Below, piece by piece: positions 11,033 to 19,980 of a stretch of 64,000 nucleotides of DNA. Every line of letters starts with the position of its first letter. Within the stretch, counting starts at the first letter, position 1. The translations under genes were made by a program, and so were the position numbers. The DNA comes from Anaerolineales bacterium (GTDB taxonomy: Bacteria; Chloroflexota; Anaerolineae; Anaerolineales; UBA11579). Where the stretch lies: positions 49,677 to 113,676 of the forward strand of contig JBBDXR010000008.1 in the NCBI GenBank assembly GCA_040902205.1, written 5' to 3'. The notes beneath the pieces were generated by a model. It did not search any database, had not been told where the DNA came from, and saw nothing but the letters and a program-made list of their open reading frames with translations.

Positions 11033-11778
11033 CGCTGGGAAAACGGATAGCAGGGTTGCTGCTGATGGCCTGGGTTCTGGCGGCCTGCGGCCCAGCCCTT
11101 GGCATTCCGCAAGGTGAATACGACGCGCTGCTCGCCTTCTATCAGAGCACGGGCGGCGAAGGGTGGTGGGACCAGCGGGGCTGGATGAGCGCGGAGCCGC
11201 CCTGCACCTGGTACGGCGTGATGTGCGAAGGCGGGCACGTGGTTAGCTTGACCATGAATTGGAACAATCTGCGCGGCGAGCTGCCGCCGGAATTGGGTGA
11301 CTTGAACAAACTGCGTGCACTGGTGCTGTACTTCAACGGATTGGAAGGGCCGCTGCCGGCTGAGTTGGGCAGGCTTACCAAATTGGAGACGCTGATCCTG
11401 CACAACAATTGCTTTGAAGGCGGCATTCCCGCGGAATTTGGCGGACTGCGAAACTTGCGAAAACTGGACCTAGAACACAGCTGCTTGACAGGCGAACTGC
11501 CCGCGGAATTGGGAACCCTGAGCGAGTTGGAGATGTTGAACTTGCGCGGCAACCAGCTTAGCGGACCACTGCCGGAAGAACTAGGCAGCCTCACCAAGCT
11601 GCAGGGTCTGCTGTTGAGCACCAATAATTTCAGCGGACCAGTCCCGGATGAATGGACCAATCTGACCCAATTGCTGATGTTCAGCATTTACGGCAATCCG
11701 CTGATCACCACTGTGCCAGCGCAACTTGAAGCCTTGCCTCGGACCGGATTAGGCGACCTTGCGCCTCTGGGCCAATAG
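11029..11778 (+). CDS. Leucine-rich-repeat lipoprotein with plant-type (24-residue) LRRs and an LRRNT_2-like cap
   Basis: GTG start overlaps the YciI stop (GTGA). Signal peptide with lipobox LAAC. Cap sequence EYDALLAFYQS...CTWYGVMC is followed by six to seven 24-aa repeats of the form L..L.L..N.L.G.LP.ELG.L..L. Confidence 0.85.
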   Translation: MTLGKRIAGLLLMAWVLAACGPALGIPQGEYDALLAFYQSTGGEGWWDQRGWMSAEPPCTWYGVMCEGGHVVSLTMNWNNLRGELPPELGDLNKLRALVLYFNGLEGPLPAELGRLTKLETLILHNNCFEGGIPAEFGGLRNLRKLDLEHSCLTGELPAELGTLSELEMLNLRGNQLSGPLPEELGSLTKLQGLLLSTNNFSGPVPDEWTNLTQLLMFSIYGNPLITTVPAQLEALPRTGLGDLAPLGQ

Positions 11779-11786
11779 GTGAAAGC

Positions 11787-12146
11787 ATGACAACAAAGAA
11801 AGAGGTCCAAGCCTGGCTGGAATCTTACGTGAAGGCCTGGAAGAGCAATAGCCCGCGCGAGATCGCCAAGCTGTTCACCGAGGATGCATACTACTCCACT
11901 GGGCCTTTCGACGAGCCGTGGATCGGGCAGGAGGCCATCATCGATGGCTGGATCGCTTTGGGCGACCAGCCGACCGATTGGACCTTCGAGTACGAAGTGC
12001 TGACCGCGGATGACGACCTGGGCGTGATGCAGGGCACCACGGTGTACAAGAGTGCAGGCACCTTCAGCAACATCTGGCTAATGCGCTTCGCCAAGGACGG
12101 GCGCTGCAAAGATTTCCGCGAGTGGTTTGTGAGGAAGCGGGAATAG
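11787..12146 (+). CDS. NTF2-like / SnoaL-like fold protein
   Basis: 119 aa. The N-terminal pattern VQAWLESYVKAWKSNSPREIAKLFTEDAYY is typical of the SnoaL/NTF2-like family. Confidence 0.6.
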   Translation: MTTKKEVQAWLESYVKAWKSNSPREIAKLFTEDAYYSTGPFDEPWIGQEAIIDGWIALGDQPTDWTFEYEVLTADDDLGVMQGTTVYKSAGTFSNIWLMRFAKDGRCKDFREWFVRKRE

Positions 12147-12156
12147 TAAGGCCGGT

Positions 12157-12666
12157 TTACCAGTCCCCGGCGTAGCCGAAGTCGTACGGCTGAGCGGCGC
12201 GAGCGGTGAGCGCGCGGTGGAGTTCCACGAGTTGGCGCAGATGGTGGTGGTCGTGGGTGACCCAGGCGGCGAACATGTCCCCGGCGCGCATGGTCCCGAA
12301 TTCAGACGTATACGCGATGTCCCAGTCCACCGGGTCCAGGGAGGCCAGCCATTCAATCGAGACGCGGCGTTCGCGGAGGAAAGACTCCAGGGATTCGGCT
12401 AGATCGCGCTGGTTGTAATTTCGCTGGGTAACCCAGCCAACCGGATCGATAGGTTCCCATTCTTTGCCTTGCGGGTGCAGAATGAAGCCGAGGTGGGAGC
12501 GGAAATCGTGGATCTCTTCGTCAAGTAGATGGTTGACAACCTCCAGCACGGACCAGGAATCGGCGGCGGGCCGGAAACGAGCCTCCTCCTGGCTGAGGCC
12601 TTCCACCAAGGGGCGGATGCGCTGAGGGTTATCGTTAAACTGGCGTTGCAGGAATGACAAGTCCAT
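12157..12666 (-). CDS. DinB-family protein
   Basis: Start taken at ATG 12666 (AGGAG SD upstream). Shows the DinB four-helix pattern with conserved histidines (VVNHLLDEEIHDF, THDHHHLRQL). Confidence 0.75.
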   Translation of the reverse strand: MDLSFLQRQFNDNPQRIRPLVEGLSQEEARFRPAADSWSVLEVVNHLLDEEIHDFRSHLGFILHPQGKEWEPIDPVGWVTQRNYNQRDLAESLESFLRERRVSIEWLASLDPVDWDIAYTSEFGTMRAGDMFAAWVTHDHHHLRQLVELHRALTARAAQPYDFGYAGDW

Positions 12667-12713
12667 AGGGCGCTCCTGGGCTGGCAAATGAATTACCATT
12701 AATATACGCGAAA

Positions 12714-14759
12714 ATGACAAATCATCAAAGTAAGCGGAAACCCCTTTTTGATTCGCGGGTGAATCGGATATGGAATTTCGTCATTCGGTATCAATTTCCG
12801 CTTGTAAGCCTAACGTTTTGCGTGCTGGCTTATGGCCTGCTGATCCCGTGGCTGGGTTTGTATTGGGACGATTGGGCGCTGACCTGGTTCTCCCACGAAT
12901 ACGGCCCTTCCTATTTCATCAACTTTGCGCCTTATCGCCCCGCTTCAGGGTGGCTGTATTATTTCTCGTTCTCGCTGTTAGGCGAGTCCGTCTTCGCCTG
13001 GCAGATCTACGCGGTGCTGTGGCATTGGGCCAGCGCGCTGGCGTTCTGGTGGCTGCTGAAATTGCTTTGGCCGCGGGTAGGCCGCGTTGCGGAAGCTGCC
13101 GCGCTTATTTTCCTTGTGTACCCGGGCTTCAGCCAGCAACCCATCGCGGTCACGTACAGCCTGTATTTCCTGTATTACACCTTGTTCCTAGCCTCGCTGG
13201 TGCTGATGGTGCTGGCGCAGCGTTCCACGGCTCGCAAGCTTCCGCTGACCCTGGCCGCGCTGGCGCTTTCAGCGATCGTGATGCTATCCACCGAGTACTT
13301 CTACGGTCTCGAACTCTTGCGGCCGGTCTTGCTTTGGCTTGCCTATAACGATGCAAAAAAGGAGCGTGCGCGCACTGTTTTTATGCGCTGGCTGCCGTAT
13401 TTGCTGGTGGCAGTAGGCCTATTTGGCTGGCGTTACACCGCCGCCTACGCCGCCGAATCGCTATACCAGCCGTTCCTGGTCTCACACTTCATCGCACAGC
13501 CCCTCGCGACGATCTTCGCGCTGATCGCTACCATGCTCGGAGATTTCGTCGAGGCGGGCGTGCTGGCCTGGACGCGGCTGGTCGCGATCTGGGGCCAACT
13601 GCGGTTCCCCTCGGCAGCGCTGATCGGTTATGCCTCCGTCGCCCTGCTCGGCGGCGGCATCGCCGCGTTCGCCTTCTGGCCGAATAAGAAGAAGGAAGCA
13701 GCCGAGGCGAGTTGGCTGCGGCAGGCCGCTTTCCTGGGGCTGGTGGCCCTACTGGTCTCCGGGCTTTCGTTCTGGCTGGCGGAGCTACCGCTGCGGCTCA
13801 ACTTCCCGTTCGACCGCTTCACGCTGCCGATGGCCTTCGGCATTGCGCTGTTAGCCGCCGCGGGCTGGCAAGCGTTGCGCGTCCATCCCATGGCCAAAAC
13901 CTTGCTGTTGGCCGCAGTGATCGGGCTGACGGCCGGCTACCACTTTTTCAACGGCAACTTGTATCGCGAGGAATGGGACCGGCAGCAAACCCTGTTCAGG
14001 CAATTGCAGTGGCGGGTTCCCGGCCTGCGGCCGGCCACGGCGCTGCTGACCGTGGAGCTGCCCTTGGAACATTACACTGATAATTCGCTGACCGCGCCGC
14101 TGAACTGGATCTATGCGAGCGGGGACACTTCGACGACCTTGCCGTATTACCTGGCTTATCTGGATCTGCGCGAAGACGCCGAGCTATTCGGCCAGGGCAG
14201 CGGCGTGATCCGCAAGAAATATCGCGATAGCCAATTCGTGAGCGAGAGCGGGGACGTGCTGCTCTTCCTGTATGCGCCGCCGGCCTGCTTGCGTATTTTG
14301 GACCCGCAGCTGGACCCGTATTTTCCACAACTGCCCGGGCCGCTGGCAGATTCTGCGGCGCGTTCGAATCTAAGCCGCATCCTGCCCGTAGGCGAGGCCA
14401 ACACCATCCCTTATTGGGACGCCAACCCGGACGGCTCCTGGTGCTATTATTTTGAGCGCGCCGAGCTGGCGCGGCAGCAAGGCGACTGGCAGCAAGTGGC
14501 CGAGCTGGGCGACCTGGCCTTTGTGCTGGAGGACGCGCCCAATCACCCGGCAGAGCGCATCCCGTTCATTCAGGGCTACGCCATGGTGGGCGAATGGGAC
14601 AAGGCGGTGCGCCTGACCGCGGAGGCGCTGGAGATCAACCCGCTGATGCAGCCGATGCTGTGCGCGACCTGGGCGCAGGTGGCCGATCTGGATGCGGGCG
14701 AGGGGATGCAGGCGGCGGTTGAGGAAGTAAATTCGCTATTAGTCTGTAATCAGGAATAG
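12714..14759 (+). CDS. Large polytopic membrane protein, GT-C-like (putative lipid-linked-sugar-dependent glycosyltransferase), soluble C-terminal domain
   Basis: 681 aa with more than 10 hydrophobic helices and an acidic first-loop motif (LYWDDW). The C-terminal roughly 200 aa are hydrophilic. Stop TAG abuts the ATG of the next gene (TAGATG). Confidence 0.5.
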   Translation: MTNHQSKRKPLFDSRVNRIWNFVIRYQFPLVSLTFCVLAYGLLIPWLGLYWDDWALTWFSHEYGPSYFINFAPYRPASGWLYYFSFSLLGESVFAWQIYAVLWHWASALAFWWLLKLLWPRVGRVAEAAALIFLVYPGFSQQPIAVTYSLYFLYYTLFLASLVLMVLAQRSTARKLPLTLAALALSAIVMLSTEYFYGLELLRPVLLWLAYNDAKKERARTVFMRWLPYLLVAVGLFGWRYTAAYAAESLYQPFLVSHFIAQPLATIFALIATMLGDFVEAGVLAWTRLVAIWGQLRFPSAALIGYASVALLGGGIAAFAFWPNKKKEAAEASWLRQAAFLGLVALLVSGLSFWLAELPLRLNFPFDRFTLPMAFGIALLAAAGWQALRVHPMAKTLLLAAVIGLTAGYHFFNGNLYREEWDRQQTLFRQLQWRVPGLRPATALLTVELPLEHYTDNSLTAPLNWIYASGDTSTTLPYYLAYLDLREDAELFGQGSGVIRKKYRDSQFVSESGDVLLFLYAPPACLRILDPQLDPYFPQLPGPLADSAARSNLSRILPVGEANTIPYWDANPDGSWCYYFERAELARQQGDWQQVAELGDLAFVLEDAPNHPAERIPFIQGYAMVGEWDKAVRLTAEALEINPLMQPMLCATWAQVADLDAGEGMQAAVEEVNSLLVCNQE

Positions 14760-16256
14760 ATGCTTTCCAAAATCATTTCGCCTCTGCTCATCGCCAACCG
14801 CGGGGAGATCGCCGTCCGTGTCATCCGCGCCTGCCGCGCGCTGGGCATCCGCTGTGTGGCGATGTACTCACAGGCCGATGCGGGCGCAATGCACACCCGG
14901 TTGGCGGATGAAGCCATCGAGATCGGCCCGGCGGAAGCCGGGCTTTCCTATTTGAATATCGAGCGCGTGCTGAATGCAGCCAAGCGCAGCGGCGCGCGGG
15001 CTGTCCATCCCGGTTACGGGTTCCTGGCGGAGAACGCGGACTTTGCAGACGCTGTGTTGGCTGCCGGGCTGACCTGGGTCGGGCCGCCGGCGGCGGCAAT
15101 GCGCGCCATGGGAGATAAGGCGGGCGCGCGGGCGCTGATGCAAAAGGCCGGCGTTCCCGTGTTGCCCGGTTATCACGGTAACGATGACGCGGCCTCGCTG
15201 AAGAAGGCCGCGGGCGAGATCGGTTACCCGCTGCTGGTGAAAGCAGCTGCGGGGGGCGGCGGCATGGGGCAGCGCGTGGTGAATGCGGCCGGTGAGCTGG
15301 CCGAAGCCATCGATAGTGCGCGCCGCGAGGCCAAGCACGCCTTCGGCGATGAGCGCCTGATCCTTGAGAAATATTTGCCACGGGCGCGCCACGTGGAGTT
15401 CCAGGTGCTGGGCGACCAGCACGGAGAGCTGCTGCACTTGTTCGAGCGCGAATGTTCGCTGCAGCGCCGCCGACAGAAGGTCGTAGAGGAGAGTCCATCG
15501 CCGCTGTTGGACGAGAAGCTGCGCGACGAGATGGGCGCGGCGGCCGTAGCCGCGGCGGCCGCGGTGGACTACGTGAATGCGGGCACGGTCGAGTTCCTGG
15601 TTGACCCGGAGTCGCGGCAGTTCTATTTCCTTGAGATGAATACGCGCGTGCAAGTGGAGCATCCCGTGACGGAAATGATCACTGGCATCGATATCGTGCA
15701 ATGGCAGCTACGACTAGCGGCCGGTGAAAAACTAACATTCGATCAGAGCGATGTGAAGAGCAGCGGACATGCCATCGAGAGCCGGATCTACGCCGAGGAT
15801 GCGGCTGCGGGTTTCCTGCCGCAAGCGGGACGCGTGCTGAAGCTTCTGCTTCCTGGCAACCTCGTACGAGTCGATGCGGGTGTGGCGGAAGGCGATGAGG
15901 TTGGCTCCTATTACGACCCGCTGCTGGCCAAACTGATCGTACATGGCAAGGACCGCGCAGACGCGTTTACCCGCATGCAACAGGCGCTGAAGAAAACCGC
16001 CTTTCTTGGGCTGACCACCAATATCGAATTCCTGCAGGATGTGTTGGCCCATAAGGATGTGCAAGCAGGGAACTACGATACGCGCTTTATCGAGCGCGAA
16101 TTCTCCGACTGGTCTGGCTCTGGCAAATTGCCGGCCGAGGTGCTGGCCGCTGCGGCCCTCGCCGAGGTGGGGACTGCGCAGGAGGGCGAGGCGGAGGGCG
16201 GGGACCGCTATTCGCCCTGGGCAGCCGGCAGCGGGTTCCGCATGGGGGAGCGATGA
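14760..16256 (+). CDS. Biotin carboxylase (BC) subunit of acyl-CoA carboxylase, MCCase alpha type, without a biotinyl domain
   Basis: IANRGEIAVRVIRA, HPGYGFLAEN, KAAAGGGGMGQRVV and EMNTRVQVEHPVTE are biotin carboxylase ATP-grasp motifs. The ORF ends inside the BT-linker region. Confidence 0.92.
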   Translation: MLSKIISPLLIANRGEIAVRVIRACRALGIRCVAMYSQADAGAMHTRLADEAIEIGPAEAGLSYLNIERVLNAAKRSGARAVHPGYGFLAENADFADAVLAAGLTWVGPPAAAMRAMGDKAGARALMQKAGVPVLPGYHGNDDAASLKKAAGEIGYPLLVKAAAGGGGMGQRVVNAAGELAEAIDSARREAKHAFGDERLILEKYLPRARHVEFQVLGDQHGELLHLFERECSLQRRRQKVVEESPSPLLDEKLRDEMGAAAVAAAAAVDYVNAGTVEFLVDPESRQFYFLEMNTRVQVEHPVTEMITGIDIVQWQLRLAAGEKLTFDQSDVKSSGHAIESRIYAEDAAAGFLPQAGRVLKLLLPGNLVRVDAGVAEGDEVGSYYDPLLAKLIVHGKDRADAFTRMQQALKKTAFLGLTTNIEFLQDVLAHKDVQAGNYDTRFIEREFSDWSGSGKLPAEVLAAAALAEVGTAQEGEAEGGDRYSPWAAGSGFRMGER

Positions 16257-16690
16257 TCTTCCATTACAAGTATCAAGGCAAGGTGCATCGCATCGAACTG
16301 CTGCCGAAGAATGGCGGCTATATGGCCATTGCAGACGGTAAGAATATTGACATTGAGCCGGGCGGCGCAACCGTTGCCCGGCAGGGCCGCGCGGTTTGGG
16401 TGCACTGGGAGGGCAGGAGCTTTGCCATCGAGAAGACCGCGGCCCTGGGCGAACGGGAGCAAGGAGGGCACAGTGAACGCATTTTGCGGGCACCTATGCC
16501 CGGGCAGGTGCGCCAGGTGCTGGTGAGCGAGGGGCAGCAGGTCGAGGCCGGACAGGTGCTGGTGCTGCTGGAGGCCATGAAAATGGAGATCCGCATTCAG
16601 GCGCCGCAGGCTGGAAAAGTGGCGCGGGTCGCCGTTTCGCAAGGAAGCAGCGTTGACAAAGAGCAAACCCTTGTAGAATTGGAAGCATGA
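16253..16690 (+). CDS. Biotin carboxyl carrier (BT remnant + biotinyl/lipoyl domain)
   Basis: 145 aa with the C-terminal biotinylation motif LEAMKMEI. ATGA overlap with the BC gene. Confidence 0.88.
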   Translation: MIFHYKYQGKVHRIELLPKNGGYMAIADGKNIDIEPGGATVARQGRAVWVHWEGRSFAIEKTAALGEREQGGHSERILRAPMPGQVRQVLVSEGQQVEAGQVLVLLEAMKMEIRIQAPQAGKVARVAVSQGSSVDKEQTLVELEA

Positions 16691-17148
16691 GCGGCCGCTA
16701 TTATGACGACCTGCAGGTGGGGGAGCGCATTGTGCATGGCCGCGGCCGCACGGTGACGGAGACAGACAACCTGCTGTTTTGCGGCCTGACCCAGAACACG
16801 CAGCCCCTGCACCTGGACGATGGATTCGCCCGCCAGGCGGGCTTCAGCGGACGCATCGTGAACGGCATCCTCACCCTGGGCTTGGTGGTGGGGATGACTG
16901 TGCCGGATCTGACCGAGGGCACCATCGTGGCCAATTTGGGTTACGCGAACATCCAGCATCCCAACCCGGTCTATCCCGGAGACACCCTCTCGGTGGAAAC
17001 TGAAATCCTGGAAAAACGGCCTTCGGAGAGTAAGAAGGATCGCGGCGTTGTCCATTTGCGGCACGTAGGCCGGAATCAAAAAGGCGAAGTGGTCATCGAG
17101 CTCGAACGCACGGTGATGTTCCTGATGCGACCGGGGAAGGCGGCATGA
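16687..17148 (+). CDS. MaoC-like (R)-specific enoyl-CoA hydratase/dehydratase (hot-dog fold)
   Basis: 153 aa. FCGLTQNTQPLHLD and GRIVNGILT are MaoC dehydratase motifs. ATGA overlap with the upstream gene. Confidence 0.8.
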   Translation: MSGRYYDDLQVGERIVHGRGRTVTETDNLLFCGLTQNTQPLHLDDGFARQAGFSGRIVNGILTLGLVVGMTVPDLTEGTIVANLGYANIQHPNPVYPGDTLSVETEILEKRPSESKKDRGVVHLRHVGRNQKGEVVIELERTVMFLMRPGKAA

Positions 17149-17999
17149 TGCGAGCCAGACGCGCGTTGTTATACGTCCCCGGCAGCGACTGGCACAAGGT
17201 GGAGAAAGCCGCCGGCCTAGGCGCGGATTGCGTGTGCATCGACCTGGAAGACGGAGTTGCGCCTGAGAAAAAGATCGAGGCCCGCCAACAAGCCATCCGC
17301 GCCCTGAAGGAACTGGATTTTGGGCGCAGCGAACGGCTGGTGCGCATCAATGCGGGCGACCTGGGTGAGGCTGACCTGGATGCCGTAGTCCCTGAACGGC
17401 CGGATGGGATCGTGGCGCCCAAGGTGAGCTACGCGGAGCAAGTACGCAACATCAGTGAAGCCATTGTGTTGCACGAAGAGAAGCAAGGCTGGCGGACAGG
17501 GACGGTGCGGCTGATCGCGCAGATCGAGAGCGCCATGGGCCTGGCCAACATCAAAGAGATCGCCAGCGCAGACCCGCGGCTGGACGCATTGATCTTCGGC
17601 GCGGAAGATTTCGCCAGCGACGTAGGCGCCAAGCGCACAGCCGCAGGCGATGAGGTTTTTTACGCGCGCAGCGCAGTGGTAGCGCACGCCGCCGCCTTCG
17701 GGTTGCAGGCCATCGACATGCTGTGGACGGATTTCAAAGACGTCGCCGGGCTGGAACGTGTGGCGCGGCAGGGCGCCGTGTTGGGCTATAGTGGCATCCA
17801 GGTGATCCATCCGGACCAGATCGCTCCGGCGCAGCGAGCCTTTACGCCCAACGCAGAGGAATTAGCCGCTGCCCGGCGTGTCGTGGATGCCTATGAGCGC
17901 AATCTGAAGGAAGGCCGCGGCGCCTTTGCGCTGGACGGCAAGATGGTCGATCTGCCTATTGTGAAGGCCGCGCAGCGCGTGCTGGCGCGCGGCGGATAA
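17145..17999 (+). CDS. HpcH/HpaI-CitE family beta-hydroxyacyl-CoA lyase (citrate lyase beta-like)
   Basis: 284 aa with RRALLYVPGSD, DLEDGVAPEKK, ESAMGLANIKEIA and FGAEDFASD, as in the CitE / malyl-CoA lyase family. ATGA overlap with the MaoC gene. Confidence 0.85.
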   Translation: MMRARRALLYVPGSDWHKVEKAAGLGADCVCIDLEDGVAPEKKIEARQQAIRALKELDFGRSERLVRINAGDLGEADLDAVVPERPDGIVAPKVSYAEQVRNISEAIVLHEEKQGWRTGTVRLIAQIESAMGLANIKEIASADPRLDALIFGAEDFASDVGAKRTAAGDEVFYARSAVVAHAAAFGLQAIDMLWTDFKDVAGLERVARQGAVLGYSGIQVIHPDQIAPAQRAFTPNAEELAAARRVVDAYERNLKEGRGAFALDGKMVDLPIVKAAQRVLARGG

Positions 18000-18145
18000 T
18001 CAGCTAGGAGCCAGGGTACGAGATTGCCAGATCTGATTCATTATGAGCGGCTTCTTTGTCCAGGTTAGTTACGGGGCTCCATAAGCCCTGATAGAATATA
18101 GCCGTTTATCTTTCACTATCCCGACCATGTACGTGATGCAAAGTC

Positions 18146-19852
18146 ATGCAATTTCGCACCAAAGAGTCGGTTACGATTAGTCTTACTCAGGAGTCGCTCG
18201 TGCAAAGGCTTGCACGGCTAGGAAGAAACGCAAAGTCAGACTGGTGGATAATCGCAGCCGTAGGGTTGCTTTTCATCCTAATTGCTGCTTTTAGTGGACT
18301 GATCCAGAACTTTCTCAATAGTGAAGAATTCCTTATTTATAGCTACGCCAACAACTTTCCACATGACCAAGCCTGGCTGGCCTTTTTCCATAGATTCGGG
18401 AGGCCGATCGAAGCTATTTATTGGACTTATCAATACAAATTGATTGGCTTCAACCCATTGCTCAACCACACCCTTTCTTTTGTTCAGCTTCTCAGCATCT
18501 CCATACTGGCTTCGGCTTGCTTCCTTAATGCCTGGCCTCCAAGCAAGCGCAGCAAGTTTCTGCCTTATGTTTTTGTGTTTTCGTTGTTTATTAATTGGGT
18601 CTCTACCTCGAGCATATTAAGGCTGTCGTACGACAACGGACGAATTTCTCTGATCTTCTTTTTTCTTGCCGGGCTGGCATTGCAGCGTTGGGCGGTCCAT
18701 CAGCGCACCCGCTGGTTGATTTTGAGCTTGGCTTTGTTCCTGATCTCGGTGCTTACCTACGAGAACGCGGCTTTCTTGTTCCCTGCGCTAGTGCTCCTAG
18801 CAATGCCGCTGCTGCCTGCTCCTCAAACGAACCCAGTACGCTTCAGATTGGTTTTGTTTGCTGGACTGAGTGCGGCAAGCGGCCTTATTTTAGTGATTAC
18901 GCGCTGGCTGTATAACTACGTCTTTCGCCCTGTCGCCACACCTGCATTGGATCTGAAATTAGGCGATCTACCCATTCGACTGATTGAAAAAGCCCCCTCA
19001 GTCTATTTGCAGTTTGGCCAGATTATTAACTCCAACACATTTCCGGTGAATTCGCTAATCGCCATTGGCCTGTTATTGACACTGGTTCTATCCTCTCTAT
19101 GGATTGTTCGCACATACTCTAATCGCGATCTTACATATACAACCGAAACGAGATCATATTGGTTGCCCATCTACATGGCTTCGCTCTGGTTACTGATCTT
19201 CGGACCGATGCCTTATGTCTTGCTCGGTTATGACGTTGGTGGCCGCGTTTATTCATCGGCGGTTTTCGGCGTTTTCCCATTAGTGCTAATGGTGTATCAA
19301 ACCGCCCGAAGTCAATTCCTTCGCAGCATAGGAGTTTTCCTTTTGCTGATGTTTGCTGTATTTGGCCTCCTTATGGTGAGAAACGAGTCGGTACTCTTTA
19401 ACCAATGGGAGGCTCCGCTAAATGTCTTCTATCGAGGCTTGAAGGGCGCCGTTCCATATGTAAGGCAGGGAACAGTCTTTATATTTATTGATGGCCCTGT
19501 AGGTAATCAGGGTTGCGCCCCCAGTTTACAGATGCTCTACAACAAAGACGATTTAGATTGCCTTGTCGTCTACCCAGATTTTGAACAAAACGGTATTCGC
19601 CGTGCTACTGAGTTAGAGGCGTTCGGCAAAGACGTGAATACAGAGAATTCCATTTTTCTCATCGTGACCAACAATTTCCCCAGTGTGGTGGATGAGTTGA
19701 AGCCTGGCGACTTTAATCTGTTCATCACCTGGGAAAGCACTGAACCAATGCAGACGGATTTCGGGAGGATAGTGACCAGGGAAATCCCACCCCCAAGCGA
19801 CTTTTACCTGCATTTGCTCGAGCGAGCTAAGGTTTTGTTTCCTGATAGATGA
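18146..19852 (+). CDS. Large polytopic membrane protein, distant paralogue of 12714-14759 (GT-C-like), AT-richer gene
   Basis: 568 aa with more than 10 hydrophobic helices and a soluble C-terminal domain. By-eye shared motifs with the 12714 protein: acidic first loop, ..RP.. motif, TYE/TEY helix start. Confidence 0.45.
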   Translation: MQFRTKESVTISLTQESLVQRLARLGRNAKSDWWIIAAVGLLFILIAAFSGLIQNFLNSEEFLIYSYANNFPHDQAWLAFFHRFGRPIEAIYWTYQYKLIGFNPLLNHTLSFVQLLSISILASACFLNAWPPSKRSKFLPYVFVFSLFINWVSTSSILRLSYDNGRISLIFFFLAGLALQRWAVHQRTRWLILSLALFLISVLTYENAAFLFPALVLLAMPLLPAPQTNPVRFRLVLFAGLSAASGLILVITRWLYNYVFRPVATPALDLKLGDLPIRLIEKAPSVYLQFGQIINSNTFPVNSLIAIGLLLTLVLSSLWIVRTYSNRDLTYTTETRSYWLPIYMASLWLLIFGPMPYVLLGYDVGGRVYSSAVFGVFPLVLMVYQTARSQFLRSIGVFLLLMFAVFGLLMVRNESVLFNQWEAPLNVFYRGLKGAVPYVRQGTVFIFIDGPVGNQGCAPSLQMLYNKDDLDCLVVYPDFEQNGIRRATELEAFGKDVNTENSIFLIVTNNFPSVVDELKPGDFNLFITWESTEPMQTDFGRIVTREIPPPSDFYLHLLERAKVLFPDR

Positions 19853-19929
19853 AACATTGCCAGTTTGATTGACCTAGAGACGATCCCGTCTTAATACCTC
19901 ATAAAAAGTTAACCACAGCTTCAGGCCTC

Positions 19930-19965
19930 AAATAAAAAGCGGGCCGGCGTATTCGCTGGCCCGCT
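19930..19965 (-). terminator. Intrinsic terminator for the DUF4349 gene (possibly bidirectional)
   Basis: 12-bp stem AGCGGGCCGGCG / CGCTGGCCCGCT (one G.T pair) with loop TATT. On the minus strand it is followed by TTTTTATT. Only TTT follows on the plus strand. Confidence 0.75.
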
Positions 19966-19980
19966 TTGGACGGATTGTAC

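Noticed and set aside
11270-11700. A 72-nt sequence periodicity that could be taken for a non-coding tandem repeat.
   Set aside because: The periodicity is the DNA image of the 24-residue LRR units within a continuous, well-supported ORF.
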